DNA from: Botryllus schlosseri
Lineage: Eukaryota
Length of the DNA stretch: 64,000 nucleotides
Reading direction: 5' to 3'
Assembly (NCBI GenBank): GCA_051294905.1
Contig: CM119371.1
Coordinates: 10,542,001 to 10,606,000, forward strand
The notes beneath the pieces are model-generated. The model made no database searches, was not told the origin of the DNA, and saw only the letters and a program-made list of their open reading frames with translations. The translations under genes were made by a program, and so were the position numbers. Shown one piece after another: positions 1 through 11,840 of this stretch (within the stretch, counting starts at the first letter, position 1; each line of letters begins with the position of its first letter).

Positions 1-3000
1 GAGGTCTGCAACCCAAGGGTGTCTGCCCATACGGAAACGGCATAGGACCCCGATGAGAGAAGAATTCACGTCAGGGCCACTGAGCAGTTGGCTATTTAGA
101 CTGATACCGGAGAATTTGCGGCTTGCGTCGAAGACTATTCGCATCTTTTGTTGTCGGGTGTGAAAATGGACGAGGTAGAACGTTCGATCGGAGGAGGGCA
201 GCAGGTCTGGCGGAACAACTTGAGCGTACCCTCGAGATAGATACTCGTCGATTTTTTCTTTGTACTTTCGAAAGAACTCGGGATCTTTCGCGAATTTCAA
301 GCGCTGGGATTCGAGCGATTTCTCAGCAGCTGCTCTGTTGCACGGGAGCTTCACGTCTTTCGTCCGCCACGGAAGGCCTACCTGGAAACGACCGTTCAGT
401 ATGCGTGACGTGTCTTTCATTACGGCGAGCGCGCGCTCATCGTCGATCGAATGTTGAGTTTCGTAGGGGTCAACCCAAATGTCCGAAAAATCAGCGTTAC
501 AGCTAGAACACAATGGCAATGTACGCGAATCGAAATGCTTAGACATACGTGTATCAACGTGTACGAAATTAATATCGATAAAATTGGCACTATTAGGCTC
601 GGAATCGGAGCTCGCCATGGTATAATCTGAGCCCCCAAGACACCAACCAAAAACCGAAAGCTCGGCCCCGGGCAAGCCATTCTGAGGCTTGATAACTTCA
701 GTGCTGGGGTAGCGCATTAGGAAATCTTTCCCAATAACCAAGTCGACATCATTTGTGTCGGAAACCGGTATATTAATGTGGCTGAGGTGAGTGCATTTAG
801 AAATGGTATCAACATTTGGAGAGTGATTGAACACATCAGGAAAGTGGGGAGAGGCAAGCACCTCATTTAAATCAATCACCGTGCTCTGATCAAGGCCTCG
901 GACGGAAAGGGCCACCACTTCTACCTCCCCCTCGGCGGTGCCCGTAGCTGTTCTGGTTCGACAAGCAATACGATCACCATGTATATTTAATTTTTTGCGC
1001 AGGCGCTCTGTGCACAGTATAGAGCCACAGCCTGGATCTAGGAATGCGTTAGAGGTCACTCTAACTTTTGAATCGGGGGAGGTGATTATGACCGGTACGA
1101 CGGCTAACCGCACAGGATTCACTTTCCCGTTTAGCGAGGAGGACATCGTGTTGACGTCGGCGAATATTTTATTTTGGAAACCCCAGTGGAGTAGGGTGTG
1201 ATGCGATGAGTTGCAGCCGTCGATGTAGCACTTGCGTTCTGACTTGCATGTGCGGGGGTCATGCCCGTAATTCAGGCAGGTGGTGCAGATCCGCTTTTCT
1301 TCCACGCACTTTTTACGCTCGTCTGGGGTCTTTTTATGGAAGACATCGCATTTGTAGATCTGGTGTGCGCCATTGCAGAGATGACAGCGCGGTGGCGGCG
1401 CTCTTTGCGAATTGCTTTGTCGATGTTCGTTGGAGGCGCCGACGGGGCGCTCGACGGACGTTGCGTTCACTTTCACTTGCGTGGTGCATCTTGCGGCTCT
1501 GGCGGTCGGCATGTTGGCTACGAGTCTTCCCATGCGAGTTCTCCCGATATCGGCTGCACTCACGACAAAGTCGACGAAGTCGTCAAAGGTTGGTTCGATG
1601 CCGTTTTTCATCGTATCATTGTACTTGTTCGTGAATCTTGTCATAAAGTTTTTGGGGAAGCGCTTTACTATTTTGTCGAAAACGCCTGGCGCGTTCACTT
1701 GCGCTTTTGCTCTAAGTTGTGCAAGGACGTACCTGGCCGTTCTGAGCTCGTCAGATACTTTTTGAAGCGCCCTACTGTCGCTAGGTTCAACAGGATCATC
1801 TTGAGTTAAATTATCAATGAATGCATCAATAACGTAGTTTTCGCGGCCAAATTTATCGTACAGAATTTTGCGGGCATGCGAGTAAGCTTCCTCGTCATGC
1901 CGATTAGCACGACAGCCAGAAAGTGAAGACTTGGCATCACCAGTACAAAACGAGATCAATCTATTTAGCTTGGTTCGGGCTGAGTGCCTCTCACTAGGAT
2001 GCGCATTTACAGGCTCGAAAGCGGAATCAAATTCATCGATAAAACGGTAGTAATCTCGCGGGCTACCATCAAAACTTGAGATTGTTATGGTCTGTAGGTC
2101 CATCCCACGTTTCATGGAGCCTAACATACTGTTTAATGACATGGCACAAGGATCGTTATGCGAGTTCGCAGAACCGTACGGTGGAATAGAAGCGGCATGA
2201 TCCCCATGCGGGCGATAATAACTAGAATCGGTTTGGTCGCGTGAATGAGGACTGTGCCAAGTGTGCTCATATGGCGCGTAATGTCTATTGTCGGTTTGAT
2301 CGCGATAATAAGAGGTTGGATCGGCGTGCCCATATGGCACGGAATGACTATCGTCGGTTTGACCGTGGTAACGAGAGGTTGGATAGGTGTGCGTGTATGG
2401 CACGGCATGACTATCGGAGGTTTGATCGCGATAATAAGAGGTTGGATCGGCGTGCCCATATGGCACGGAATGACTATCGGCGGGTCGATCGCCATAGCGA
2501 GAGGTTGGATCGGTGTGCGCGTACGACACGGTATGATCGCGATAACGAGAATTGGGATCGGTGAGAGAGCGATCGCTCTGCCACTGTGGGGTACTTTGAG
2601 AATACGAGGGAGTGGCTGCCTCCGAACACGAATGAGCAGGCTGGGGCTGTGTGCCTATCTCTCGAGCCTGGCTACTAGGATCATCAGCTGCGAAACTGAC
2701 GGACAGCCGACTACTACGGATAGGGGTTTGTCTTAGATCATGTGCGACTTGTGTACCAGCCGATGCAGTTGACTGACGAGTGTCTGTCAACGATAGGGTT
2801 ACCGCCGGCTCGGTGGCGAGCCTCTGCCCAGCACTACTGACTGTTGCAGATGCAGGCGATCCCCAGGTAACGAAACTCGATGATTGAGTAGCGGGCAAAT
2901 CTAAAGGTTCAGTACTCACAGCTCCGCTGTCCACGTCGAGGACAAGTGGTGCCCGTGCTCCGACGGAACCACCTTCAGATTCTTCTTCTTCGGCGATTTT

Positions 3001-3597
3001 CAAGTTCGAAGTAGCTTCGAGAATCTCCAGATTTTCTTCAAGTTCAGCTTCGATGCTAGCTTCTTCGGCTTCGATTCTTGCTTTTCTGGTTTTTTCTTTA
3101 GCTTTTCTTGCTTCTTGTCTGAGTTTCACTTTTTCGAGCGCCAGTCTCGCATTGTGTGTTGCGGATGATTTTTTGGAAGACGTGACCGAATGAAGACTTG
3201 CCGGTGTTTCTGAAGTTCGAGGCTTAATGTAGTCAAGTGTGATATTGGAAGAAGAGTTTACGTTTACATCTCGGTAGTCTTGGAAAACGCGGAGGGCCTG
3301 ACGCTGACCCTGTACGACTGTCGACAACAGTCCTTGTATTTGCGAGACGCTCTCTTGCAGAGCAGGATCCATTTTTGCTTTTTTAATTAATCTGTAGAAC
3401 TCATCAAGGAGTTTATTGCATCGTCCGTCTAGTTCGGCGTTGCACTTGACAACGTTTTCAATGGAGGACGCATTCTGTATAGCTGAGGAGAAAGCGTGTT
3501 CAGCTTCCTCGTAAGCAATTCTGGAACTTTCCAGGACTTCGTCGATATGCTGCTTGTTCAACTCCTGTTGACCAACGGCTTCTCCAGTTCGATCCAT
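1..3597 (-). CDS. BEL/Pao LTR retrotransposon gag-pol polyprotein, 5' part (Gag, three Cys/His knuckles, aspartic protease, start of RT); runs off the left edge
   Basis: Manual minus-strand translation from ATG at 3597 (MDRTGEAVGQQ...) shows the Gag core (ISSFDGSPRDYYRFIDEFDSAF), knuckles CHLCNGAHQIYKC / CTTCLNYGHDPRTC / CYIDGCNSSHHTLLH, protease AFLDPGC, then GRFQVGLPW and the RT start (KMRIVFDAS...SLNSQLLSGPD...LCRFR...VADL). The ORF track lists nothing in this frame, consistent with no stop before base 1. Confidence 0.95.
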   Translation of the reverse strand, partial: MDRTGEAVGQQELNKQHIDEVLESSRIAYEEAEHAFSSAIQNASSIENVVKCNAELDGRCNKLLDEFYRLIKKAKMDPALQESVSQIQGLLSTVVQGQRQALRVFQDYRDVNVNSSSNITLDYIKPRTSETPASLHSVTSSKKSSATHNARLALEKVKLRQEARKAKEKTRKARIEAEEASIEAELEENLEILEATSNLKIAEEEESEGGSVGARAPLVLDVDSGAVSTEPLDLPATQSSSFVTWGSPASATVSSAGQRLATEPAVTLSLTDTRQSTASAGTQVAHDLRQTPIRSSRLSVSFAADDPSSQAREIGTQPQPAHSCSEAATPSYSQSTPQWQSDRSLTDPNSRYRDHTVSYAHTDPTSRYGDRPADSHSVPYGHADPTSYYRDQTSDSHAVPYTHTYPTSRYHGQTDDSHSVPYGHADPTSYYRDQTDNRHYAPYEHTWHSPHSRDQTDSSYYRPHGDHAASIPPYGSANSHNDPCAMSLNSMLGSMKRGMDLQTITISSFDGSPRDYYRFIDEFDSAFEPVNAHPSERHSARTKLNRLISFCTGDAKSSLSGCRANRHDEEAYSHARKILYDKFGRENYVIDAFIDNLTQDDPVEPSDSRALQKVSDELRTARYVLAQLRAKAQVNAPGVFDKIVKRFPKNFMTRFTNKYNDTMKNGIEPTFDDFVDFVVSAADIGRTRMGRLVANMPTARAARCTTQVKVNATSVERPVGASNEHRQSNSQRAPPPRCHLCNGAHQIYKCDVFHKKTPDERKKCVEEKRICTTCLNYGHDPRTCKSERKCYIDGCNSSHHTLLHWGFQNKIFADVNTMSSSLNGKVNPVRLAVVPVIITSPDSKVRVTSNAFLDPGCGSILCTERLRKKLNIHGDRIACRTRTATGTAEGEVEVVALSVRGLDQSTVIDLNEVLASPHFPDVFNHSPNVDTISKCTHLSHINIPVSDTNDVDLVIGKDFLMRYPSTEVIKPQNGLPGAELSVFGWCLGGSDYTMASSDSEPNSANFIDINFVHVDTRMSKHFDSRTLPLCSSCNADFSDIWVDPYETQHSIDDERALAVMKDTSRILNGRFQVGLPWRTKDVKLPCNRAAAEKSLESQRLKFAKDPEFFRKYKEKIDEYLSRGYAQVVPPDLLPSSDRTFYLVHFHTRQQKMRIVFDASRKFSGISLNSQLLSGPDVNSSLIGVLCRFRMGRHPWVADL
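2229..2560. repeat. 63-bp (21-aa) tandem repeat, about 5 units, inside Gag
   Basis: Unit starts at 2229, 2292, 2355, 2418, 2481 (CGGTTTGATCGCGATAATAAGAGGTTGGATCGGCGTGCCCATATGGCACGGAATGACTATCGT); reads e.g. PYTHTYPTSRYHGQTDDSHS in the gag frame. Confidence 0.9.
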
Positions 3598-3632
3598 ATC
3601 GAGGTCCGTCAGCTCTCGTAATTTTTAACTTA

Positions 3633-4054
3633 TGTCCTTGTTATTGACACAATCAGTCCTTCACAGCGACTGATACAACTCGACGGCGAGTTGGACTGGA
3701 GCAATCGTTGCGAGTAATGACTGGCTCAGTATGATTAACTGACTGCATATAGTCCAGACACAATAAGTTCCCCTTTGTGTGTATTGTAGAATGACGATCA
3801 AACAACCCAGACTATAGCATATCGTTAAAAATTACGTTGGCAAATACTCTAAATATGAGATCACAATAGTGACAGTTAGAATCAAGAACGACAAAAGACC
3901 CTGTTTACATTACGGCGACTACGGAAAGACTGAGCATGTGCTACTACACTTGCCCTCATGCGGCGAGGCGATCATGTGTGACGTTATCATAGATACGGTC
4001 TGAAAACTAACGTGACAAGCCTCTTTCCTGTGACAGTCGTAACTATAAACAACA
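3633..4054 (-). repeat. 5' LTR of the BEL/Pao element (inner boundary approximately 3633-3639)
   Basis: The minus strand begins TGTTGTTT at 4054. Beyond 4054 the sequence (GACGCAGCTTCTTCATGATCTCGGTTGGCAACTAA) matches the host repeat unit at about 9073-9107, which fixes the outer junction. Candidate CA ends lie at 3633 or 3639. Confidence 0.7.
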
Positions 4055-6080
4055 GACGCAGCTTCTTCATGATCTCGGTTGGCAACTAATGATTTTTAGA
4101 TAGATAGATACCTTGCAAACTGCAGCAGTGCTTGCCGGGAATTTGGCAAAGGGTTAAGGAGTGATGCGGCATCTCGACATCACATAGATCAGAGGTCGGA
4201 AACCTATGGCTCGTTAGCCATATATGACTCTTTTGATGATGAATTATGTCTCTTTGGCAGATTTCCAATTTTGCACATTATTCCCATCTTCTTTATAAAA
4301 ATTGTGTTCAGTCAATTTTTGTCCACGACTATGGCATTATTATTCTTGTGGTCGACGAGACAGTTTTGAGATCACTCGAGTCACCTTTTTCGTATGAATT
4401 GACTTGACTCGGCGCATCAGAAATGTGGATTGGCTCGTGAGTCGTGACTCGAAGCAAAATTCACGAGTCAATTTCAAGTCATCATGTAATCGGTGTCGAT
4501 AAAAATTAATGATCTTGGATATTTTCGGATTGTTCACGAAACTCTGGTGCAGGCCTAACCCGTGACAGCGACCCCTCAATGGCCCTCATTCAATGATCGT
4601 GCGTTTTATTCAGCCTTCATTGTTCCCTCGCAAATACATTGACCACAAACAAAGTGATCGGAGCTTACGGCTTACGTTCTCGAAAACTAGTACTAAAATA
4701 ATTTATTACCAAAATATCTTTCTCTGTTTTCTGTTCTTATCTTTTTCAAACCTCTTGTTTTATTCAAATTGATTTCGAATATCGCTTATATACTCGTTAA
4801 CCATTGGCGCAGGCTCGAATTGTATCGCATAAATATGTAGGTTTGTAATGTATTGCATCTTATCAATTCGTCTCTCTATTTAGGCTGGTAACTATATAAA
4901 ATGAGGCTATGCAATTACTTACGTGATTCAACAGTTTTGCAATGACGTAATCCTGCCTCATATACTTCGAAAAGGCAACTTGACATGAATTGTGACTTGA
5001 CTCGTGGCTTGACTTGACTTAACTCGAGTCACCTTCAAAAATCGAGTGACTTGACTTGAATCGAGTCACCTTCGAAAACGGATTGACTTAACTGGACTCG
5101 AGTCAAAATGTGCAATGACTCGGGATGACTTGTTACTCAAAGGTAGTGACGATACGGATCTTTATAAAGTCAAAACAGTGATGTATTTCCTGAAGGTGTA
5201 GCAGCTCAGAAGCTCAAATTCTTGAAATTTTTATGCTAACAAGTATTGGCTGTTGATGATTTCTCATACTTATCAATCCAATAAAGAGGCGGACAACTTC
5301 TTCAGTCGCCGGGCCTGATATGGGAAAATGCAGTCCTACTTGGCAGGGCCGGATTCCTGAATCGAAACATTAATCGCGTATTTATCCACTTATAGAAACG
5401 GACCACAATATTATATAAAGCCGGAAACTATCTGTGGGCCGCTGTATATTGCTCGTCCCTGGTCGAATATAATAGATTTTTCGATAATAGCGCAAATTCC
5501 CGGCCTCGAAGTTATTTAGTGAAATTTATCCGACAAATGTAATCCCTCCATTTCGATAAGAAGGTTCATAATGACAATAACAAAGTCGCTGCCAATATCT
5601 TATCTGATATCAAATTCCCCTGTACCTAATAGTGCACTGCACCTAATAATATCATCCGCGGTCACAGTCCGCCGCAATTCTCCACTGCTTACAGCCTACA
5701 ACTCCACAGCCTACGATTAATTCTATAGAGGTGGATGAATACGCGTTTAATGTATCGATTCGGAATCCGGCCGGCCACGTCATTGGCTTTCATACATCCA
5801 GCCCGCCGGCTGGAGAAGTTGTCCGCCCCCTTTTTTGACGGATAAAAATGAGAAATTATCAACAGCCCATATTTGTCATCAAAGATATCAAGAATTTGGG
5901 TTTCTGAGCTCCTACAATACACTTCAGGAAATAAATCACTGTTTCGACTTTATATAGACCCGTCACATCCACCACAAGAATAATGACACCACAGTCGTTA
6001 GGACAATTTATTAAACACAATTTTGATAAAGAAGATGGGAATAATGTGCAGAATTGGAAACTTATAAAAGGGACATATAA
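4055..6080. repeat. Third copy of the local duplication unit (upstream part only) plus an inverted partial copy (about 5720-6065)
   Basis: 4055-4366 and 5151-5640 align with about 9070-9500 and with 11400-11900 plus 12870-13430. 5720-6065 is the reverse complement of 4260-4360 plus 5151-5397. Contains Charlie-type hAT starts (CAGAGGTCGGAAACCTATGGCTC). Confidence 0.75.
4367..5150 (-). mobile_element. Non-autonomous DNA element with GACTCGAGTC/GAGTCAAGTC subterminal arrays (inverted, end-eroded copy of 22238-23176)
   Basis: Reverse-complement similarity to 22255-23150 along its length; absent from the paralogous units at about 9.4 and 11.7 kb. Confidence 0.8.
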
Positions 6081-6149
6081 TCTTATAATATTAGAATTAG
6101 TCTTTATTGTTAGGTTTGATTTCCAAATTCTATTCGATGATGTGATGAC

Positions 6150-7278
6150 TAGGGCAATTTTTTCGTACCTGAAAAACGGATGATCTGGTACCTAAATAAA
6201 CTAATTTCGACATTTTTCGACCTAAAAATAATTAATTTTTATCAGATTTTGACCTCGCATATGCAAATTAGGTGTTTTCGCACATAATGTTGAAATTGTA
6301 CTACTCATCTTCATTTATCGCTGGGACTGTCTGTCCTTGCTGAGAAGTTTGGGCTAAAAAACGTTTTTGACATAAAAACTGACAAATTTGTACCTGAAAA
6401 AACTTCATTTTACCGAAATATTGCCCTATGAAGAATTCCAGTAATCACACCACATATTATGGTAGAAATATTTAAAATTTGTTGTAGTACAACGGAAGAT
6501 ACGCTCCTACATTTTTGGGTAGAAAGTGTCTCTCCTTATCTAGTAGCTTGCCAAGAATGGAGAAAGAACGTTCAACAACAGCAGTTGTTGGCTGACAACA
6601 CTGAAGCTGTGCGTACGCACTGCTGGTGACACACCGTGTTGATTCATTCTGACAATGCTGTCTACATCACCGTTTTTCATCATGCACTTCCTGATATAAG
6701 AACCATGCAATGCCCAAGCAGTCTTGCTTCAGCTAGGATATTGCGGCACGTTGACCATAACACCATGTCAACCTACTTGTTTCATTGAAACGTTTGTTGT
6801 TGTTGTTTTTATTAACGCATATAATTGGCGCTTGCAACTCGTGGTTATTTGCGCCCACACAGTAAATTTCATAATCGCATAATGGCATGTCTTCATGAAC
6901 TTCAGTCTTTTTTCGGCTCATTTGCTGCCTCCTTTCACGAGTTCGGCTCTCTCGTCGTCTGGGCTTTTCAATGCGCTGTATTACAGCGGGTTCGGCGGTG
7001 AGGAGCCCAGATAAACCTCCGACACATAGAACCATGGCAGAGCCGAGACTCATTGAAACGTTTGTGATTCACAACGAGCAGACAATGGGCCGTCTACAAT
7101 GGTAGGCCTATAAAGTAGGCTACAAGCTGTAAAACAGCAAATATTAAGGTCACCGACAATTCAAACTTTACGATACAAACGAAAATAAGGGGTGAAAACA
7201 AAACTTGCAATTTTTGACCTAATACTTCCATTTTGACAAAATTTGGACTTATTTTTACATGTCAAAAACATCGCCCTA
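6150..7278. mobile_element. Non-autonomous hAT element
   Basis: Termini TAGGGC...GCCCTA; 8-bp TSD GTGATGAC/GGGATGAC (7/8). Related fragments at about 18020-18220 and, inverted, about 39040-39430. Confidence 0.75.
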
Positions 7279-7699
7279 GGGATGACCATGTTATGAAGTA
7301 AACGTTCAAAGAATCACCAAGTTTCATGGCGAAATCTTCACTGGTAGTTAATTTGAATTTAGAACCACTTCACAGATTCCCCAGAATGTATCTTTATCGC
7401 AAATCCCAACGGCTGCTGGATAATAGATATGATTACATCCAGTCTTCACGGTCTCAATTATGCCTTTGATGAATATGGGTTCAAAATATACTTTTTTCAG
7501 ATTTCAATGGCTACTTGATAAAATTGTTAGGTTGGTTAAAATAAATGCTGCACACCAACTTTGGCTCAATTCCAACAAGTAGAAGCAAGATTCTTGCAGT
7601 AGAAAGTTTTGAATTTATCATTACAAAATCTTCGGAATCTTCGGATCAATATCTTCGGAAGTCGTTGAGAATATCGATATTTACTGATGCTCATGATGG

Positions 7700-8181
7700 C
7701 TATCCCAATCCCCATTGCTCTTGTAGCAACCAAATTAGGCATCAAAGATGCTAGCCGCCTTGTGGCCAATGACATTGCTGTCGCTTTTCCTCTTTCATGC
7801 TAAGGAAACCAATTCACGGACACTAGCTGTGCTATCGGTATTATAACTCCGGTGGTGGAACCGGCTAGAAACATCCCAGCAACTAGGAGTCCGAATATTC
7901 TTAACAAAACTCCCGTTGTAACCTGAAGGGTGGCGAATCCATTCAAGACAGAAACTAGCAAAGTGATTTGTGGAAGGCTGATCCAACCACCGATCAGGCA
8001 GATCACTACAATGTATGGATTGATTCCGTTGACAAATGAGAATGATCCGTAACCGACGACATGCAATAACGTGATCAAACACACTATGGATGGATCTTTT
8101 CCACACGGCGCGGTGTCTTTTCCCCTTCAACAGGAACGTCTTGTAGGTTTCTGAATCACGAGCACTATCTTTAGACTTCAT
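7700..8181 (-). pseudogene. FLVCR/SLC49-like MFS transporter, N-terminal fragment, pseudogene (copy 1)
   Basis: ATG at 8181 gives MKSKDSARDSETYKTFLLKGKRHRAVWKR, then a frameshift near 8090, then hydrophobic helices ending ...PIAQLVSVNWFP*HERGKATAMSLA, which resembles the SLC49 'WF...ER.TATAI' motif. In-frame TAG at 7800-7802; truncated near 7700 by a foldback-arm fragment. Confidence 0.7.
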
Positions 8182-11100
8182 AGCAAACACTAGACCTGAT
8201 GTCTCTCACTCGGTTCAGTTTCAAAGAATTTTACGCAATGTCCAATCAATGCAGCAAACGAAATGTCCTATACCAAGTTACGCCAACGATTACTTGAGCA
8301 ATGGGCACGAGTAGGATTATTCGTGCCGAAACGGAAGGAAACAGAGATAACAGACGCTATGAATATTGATTGCTGTGATACTGGCCGATGATAGCATAGC
8401 GATGAGGATCGGTGCCATCTCCGCAGGCGGCCTGGGATCCAGTCATGCCTTCGGAGGTTCCTCTCGACTTTTCGTACCCGGTGTCCGTAGTTCCTACGGC
8501 TACCAAAAAGGGCATGCAAAACGATCCGATACCCGGGAAAATGATCGGATGAAGAAAGAAAAGAGCAAGGAATAATGTATAAAATGACATACTAACACAG
8601 ATCATCATGGAAATGATTGTAACCTCCTGCAGCAGGCCTAGGTGGATGCTTGATTAAGCGACCACAACTTGTTCAAAGCGTAAAGCTCACTGCTATATCC
8701 GCTATGAGTGATTGATTAACCCGAAATAATGACGGCTATGTATTATGAATTGTGGTAAATATTTTTAACAGCTACCAAGGTATTAGTCGGATTAATCTCG
8801 AAGCATTGCTAGTTGTTTTCTTTTATTTTCAACTTAACATATAGCTCATGATCATTATCTTGGTTAATTAAATGACTGAACTGCGGTTTTCAACCTCTCG
8901 GCCACGAGAAATTGAGAAAAAGCTGGTTGCTTTCAACATAAAATAGGAATTCAAGTCGTACTGCCCTATAAATAACATATGGTCTCAAATTTAAATTGGA
9001 AGTTGAAAACAATTTTGAAAACACCCTTTTCCCATTAAAAGTCGTAACTAATGAACATTTGTGGTATTGTAAGACACAGCTCCTAAATGATCTCGGTTTG
9101 CAACTAAAATTTTCAAGTACAACATCAAATATACAACAAAAACTGCAACAGTGAAGAAATGCGAGCCAGGAATTTGGCAAAGAGTTAGTAAATGATACAT
9201 CATCAGTTCATCACATATACCAGGACTCGGGAACCTATGGCTAATTAGCCATATATGGTTTTTTGATGGTAAATATGGCTCTTTGATAAAACTTTCCAAT
9301 TTGCCACATTATTCCCATCTTCTTTATTAAAAATGTTTTTAATAAATTGTCATAACGACTGACATCAATATTCTTGAGGTGGATGAGACGAGTTTTCATG
9401 ACGTCTAAACAGTAATGAATATCCTCAAGGGGGGGTTTAGGAGTTCAGAAACTCAAATCTTGAAATTAATGATGACAATCATTGGCTCTTGATAATTTGG
9501 TACTACTAGGTCAAGTTTTTGTTGCACTAAAATAGCAAGAAAGTTGCATTAAATTTCAACCAAAGTTGCAGTAGAAAGTTGCATTTATGATTTTTGTTGA
9601 ATTATTAGGGTATGAGAAATGCGAAAGGTTCCACTGTACAACCTTGTTCCTGCAGAGCTATCAAATTTGTTTCTTCGTCACCTAACGGTCTTACGAAACC
9701 TTCAAAATTACATTTTGGCCGGCACACAGCAAGAAAATTATGCAATGCGGGAATAATTTCCCTCAGTAACTCCTAGTAATTGATACACGTTAACGTCGGT
9801 TAATCACTTAGTCCACAAAGCTTTAAAACATATTTAATCTACAAGAGACTTTCGCTCTCGAAAGTGATACATAGTTCCTCTTTCTTCGATGTCCACACGC
9901 TGTGCGCTGCAGGATGCAATATCTAATTCGAACCATTTTGTTGAAAATCACCCTAACAGGCGTGATTGCAGTGTTTTAACGGGATTTTGTTGATCTAAAA
10001 GTACGCACAATTCATTTAACGTGAATTCTATTAATAATACCGTACACTTTGTGAGTCATCGTGAAAGCGTAGGCCTACATTATAAAAATCTCACGTATGG
10101 GCGATACGTTTTAGAGAAATACGACATCTTTCAACTCTCTTTTCAGGCTGTAAGTCGATGATGACTGCACGAAAGGCGTTTTTTTTTCGATTAGTGCTGC
10201 TCGATCATCAGCAGTTCGCCATGTTCGCAAACTGACGGCCTGTCAGACACAAAGCATTTTACCAAAACGCAACAAAACAAGGACATTAACGACAATGACC
10301 CGAATGCCGAAAGCGAAAATAATCCCAAAATCTGCGATCGATATTTTCGGAAGGCATTGAGGATAGCGATAATTGCATAAGCACACTAAGCCAGTCTACC
10401 GATGAGATTGGCGATTACTTGCAGGTCGTTCATGGCCGAAATATCTCGACGTGATATCGTTGACGAACGCCAACGGTCCAAAACCAAACACATCCAATAC
10501 AGTCATGAAACACACTAGCGATGAAATGCCCCATCATTTCCACACGACGAGGTGCCTTTTCCTCTCCAACAATAACGTCTTGTCGGTTTCTGAATCACGA
10601 CCAATTCGACTTCACAGCACAAACTCATAGCACACGCTCGACGCGATGTCTGTCACTCGGATCAGTTTCGAAGAATTTTTCGCAATGGCAAATCAATGCA
10701 GGAAACGAAATCTCGTACAAAGCTACACCAACGATGACTTGAGCAATGGGCCAGAGTAGGATAATTCGGGCCGATACCGAAGGAAACGGAGAGAGAGTAT
10801 AGACACAATGGATATTGGATATCGATTGCTGTGAAATTGGCGGACATTGACAGTTCAACATAGGAAGACTGTAACATCGGTCACTAGACCGAGGTGGATG
10901 CTAGATTAAGAGACCACAATATGGTCGTTTCGGCATCCTCCTATCTGTTCATTGCATCGCATTGTATATTGTGTGTATGTGTCTTGGGCAGATGAAAATA
11001 TGATCGGGCTATAATCGATTACTATTATTGATAATGCGACTAATATTAATAAGTGAATGCGTGAGAAGCATAAAACTCACCGCTAACCGCTATGATTGAT

Positions 11101-11840
11101 TCATCAACCTGAAATCATGATGGCCATGAATTGTGGTACATATTCTTGAACAGCTATACCTAAGAATCAGTCGGATGAATGTCGGATAATTGCTAGTTGT
11201 TTTCATTCATCTTCAACTTGGCATAGGCTCATGACCATTATCTCTGTTAATGCAATGATTGAACCAGTAGTTTTCAACCGCGTGGCAGCGAATGCCCAGA
11301 GGTTCCGCGAGAAAATGAGGTAAAGGTGGTTGTCGTCAACATAAAATTTGAAAACTGATCTTTTCCGATGAAAGTCGTAATTATAAACAGCTGTGGTATT
11401 GTAGGACACAGCTCTAAACTAAAATTTTCAAGTACAACATCATAGAAACACCTAAAACCGAAACAGTGAAGAAATGCGTGCCAGGAATTTGGTAAAGGGT
11501 TAGGAAGTGATGCATCATCACATAGATCAGGGGTCGGGAACCTAACCTATGGATCGTTAGCCATATATGGTTCTTTTGATGGTAACATATGGCTCTTTGA
11601 TAAGTCTCAACTTCTGTACATTATTACCATCATATTTATGAAAATAGTTTTTAATGGATTTTCATAGCGGCTGACATCATTATTCTTGTGGTGGATGACA
11701 CGAGTCGTCATGAAGTTTGACCATGAACAGTGATGTATATATCCTGAAGTGGGGGGTGAGGAGCTCAGAAACCCAAAATCTTAAAATTTAGGATGACAAA
11801 GATTGTCTGTTGATGATTTGACATTATTATCAGTTCAATA
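8080..11840. repeat. Diverged tandem segmental duplication (unit about 2.3-2.5 kb)
   Basis: 8080-8390 aligns with 10510-10845, and 8630-9500 aligns with 10885-11820 (shared GGTGGATGCT.GATTAAG, CCGCTATGA, TTGCTAGTTGTTTT, GGAATTTGG, etc.). Confidence 0.85.
10300..10615 (-). pseudogene. FLVCR/SLC49-like MFS transporter, N-terminal fragment, pseudogene (copy 2)
   Basis: Paralogous to copy 1, with the start ATG changed to GTG. Reads KRHLVVWK*WGISSLVCFMTVLDVFGFGPLAFVNDITSRYF...SSVDWLSV, similar to FLVCR TM1 and the 'INNI..YY.VS..AIDWLS' segment; contains stops and frameshifts. Confidence 0.65.

Noticed and set aside
123..2736. Plus-strand ORFs (123-506, 1261-1809, 2241-2564, 2245-2736) and minus ORFs 420-680 and 2133-2495
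   Set aside because: Antisense or off-frame shadows of the BEL gag-pol frame and its 63-bp repeat; no recognisable motifs.
8890..9500. Conserved ORF-like text in the duplication unit (8890-9180, 9048-9299, 4086-4268)
   Set aside because: No frame is preserved across copies, and the segment contains a Charlie-type hAT start, so it is non-coding repeat.
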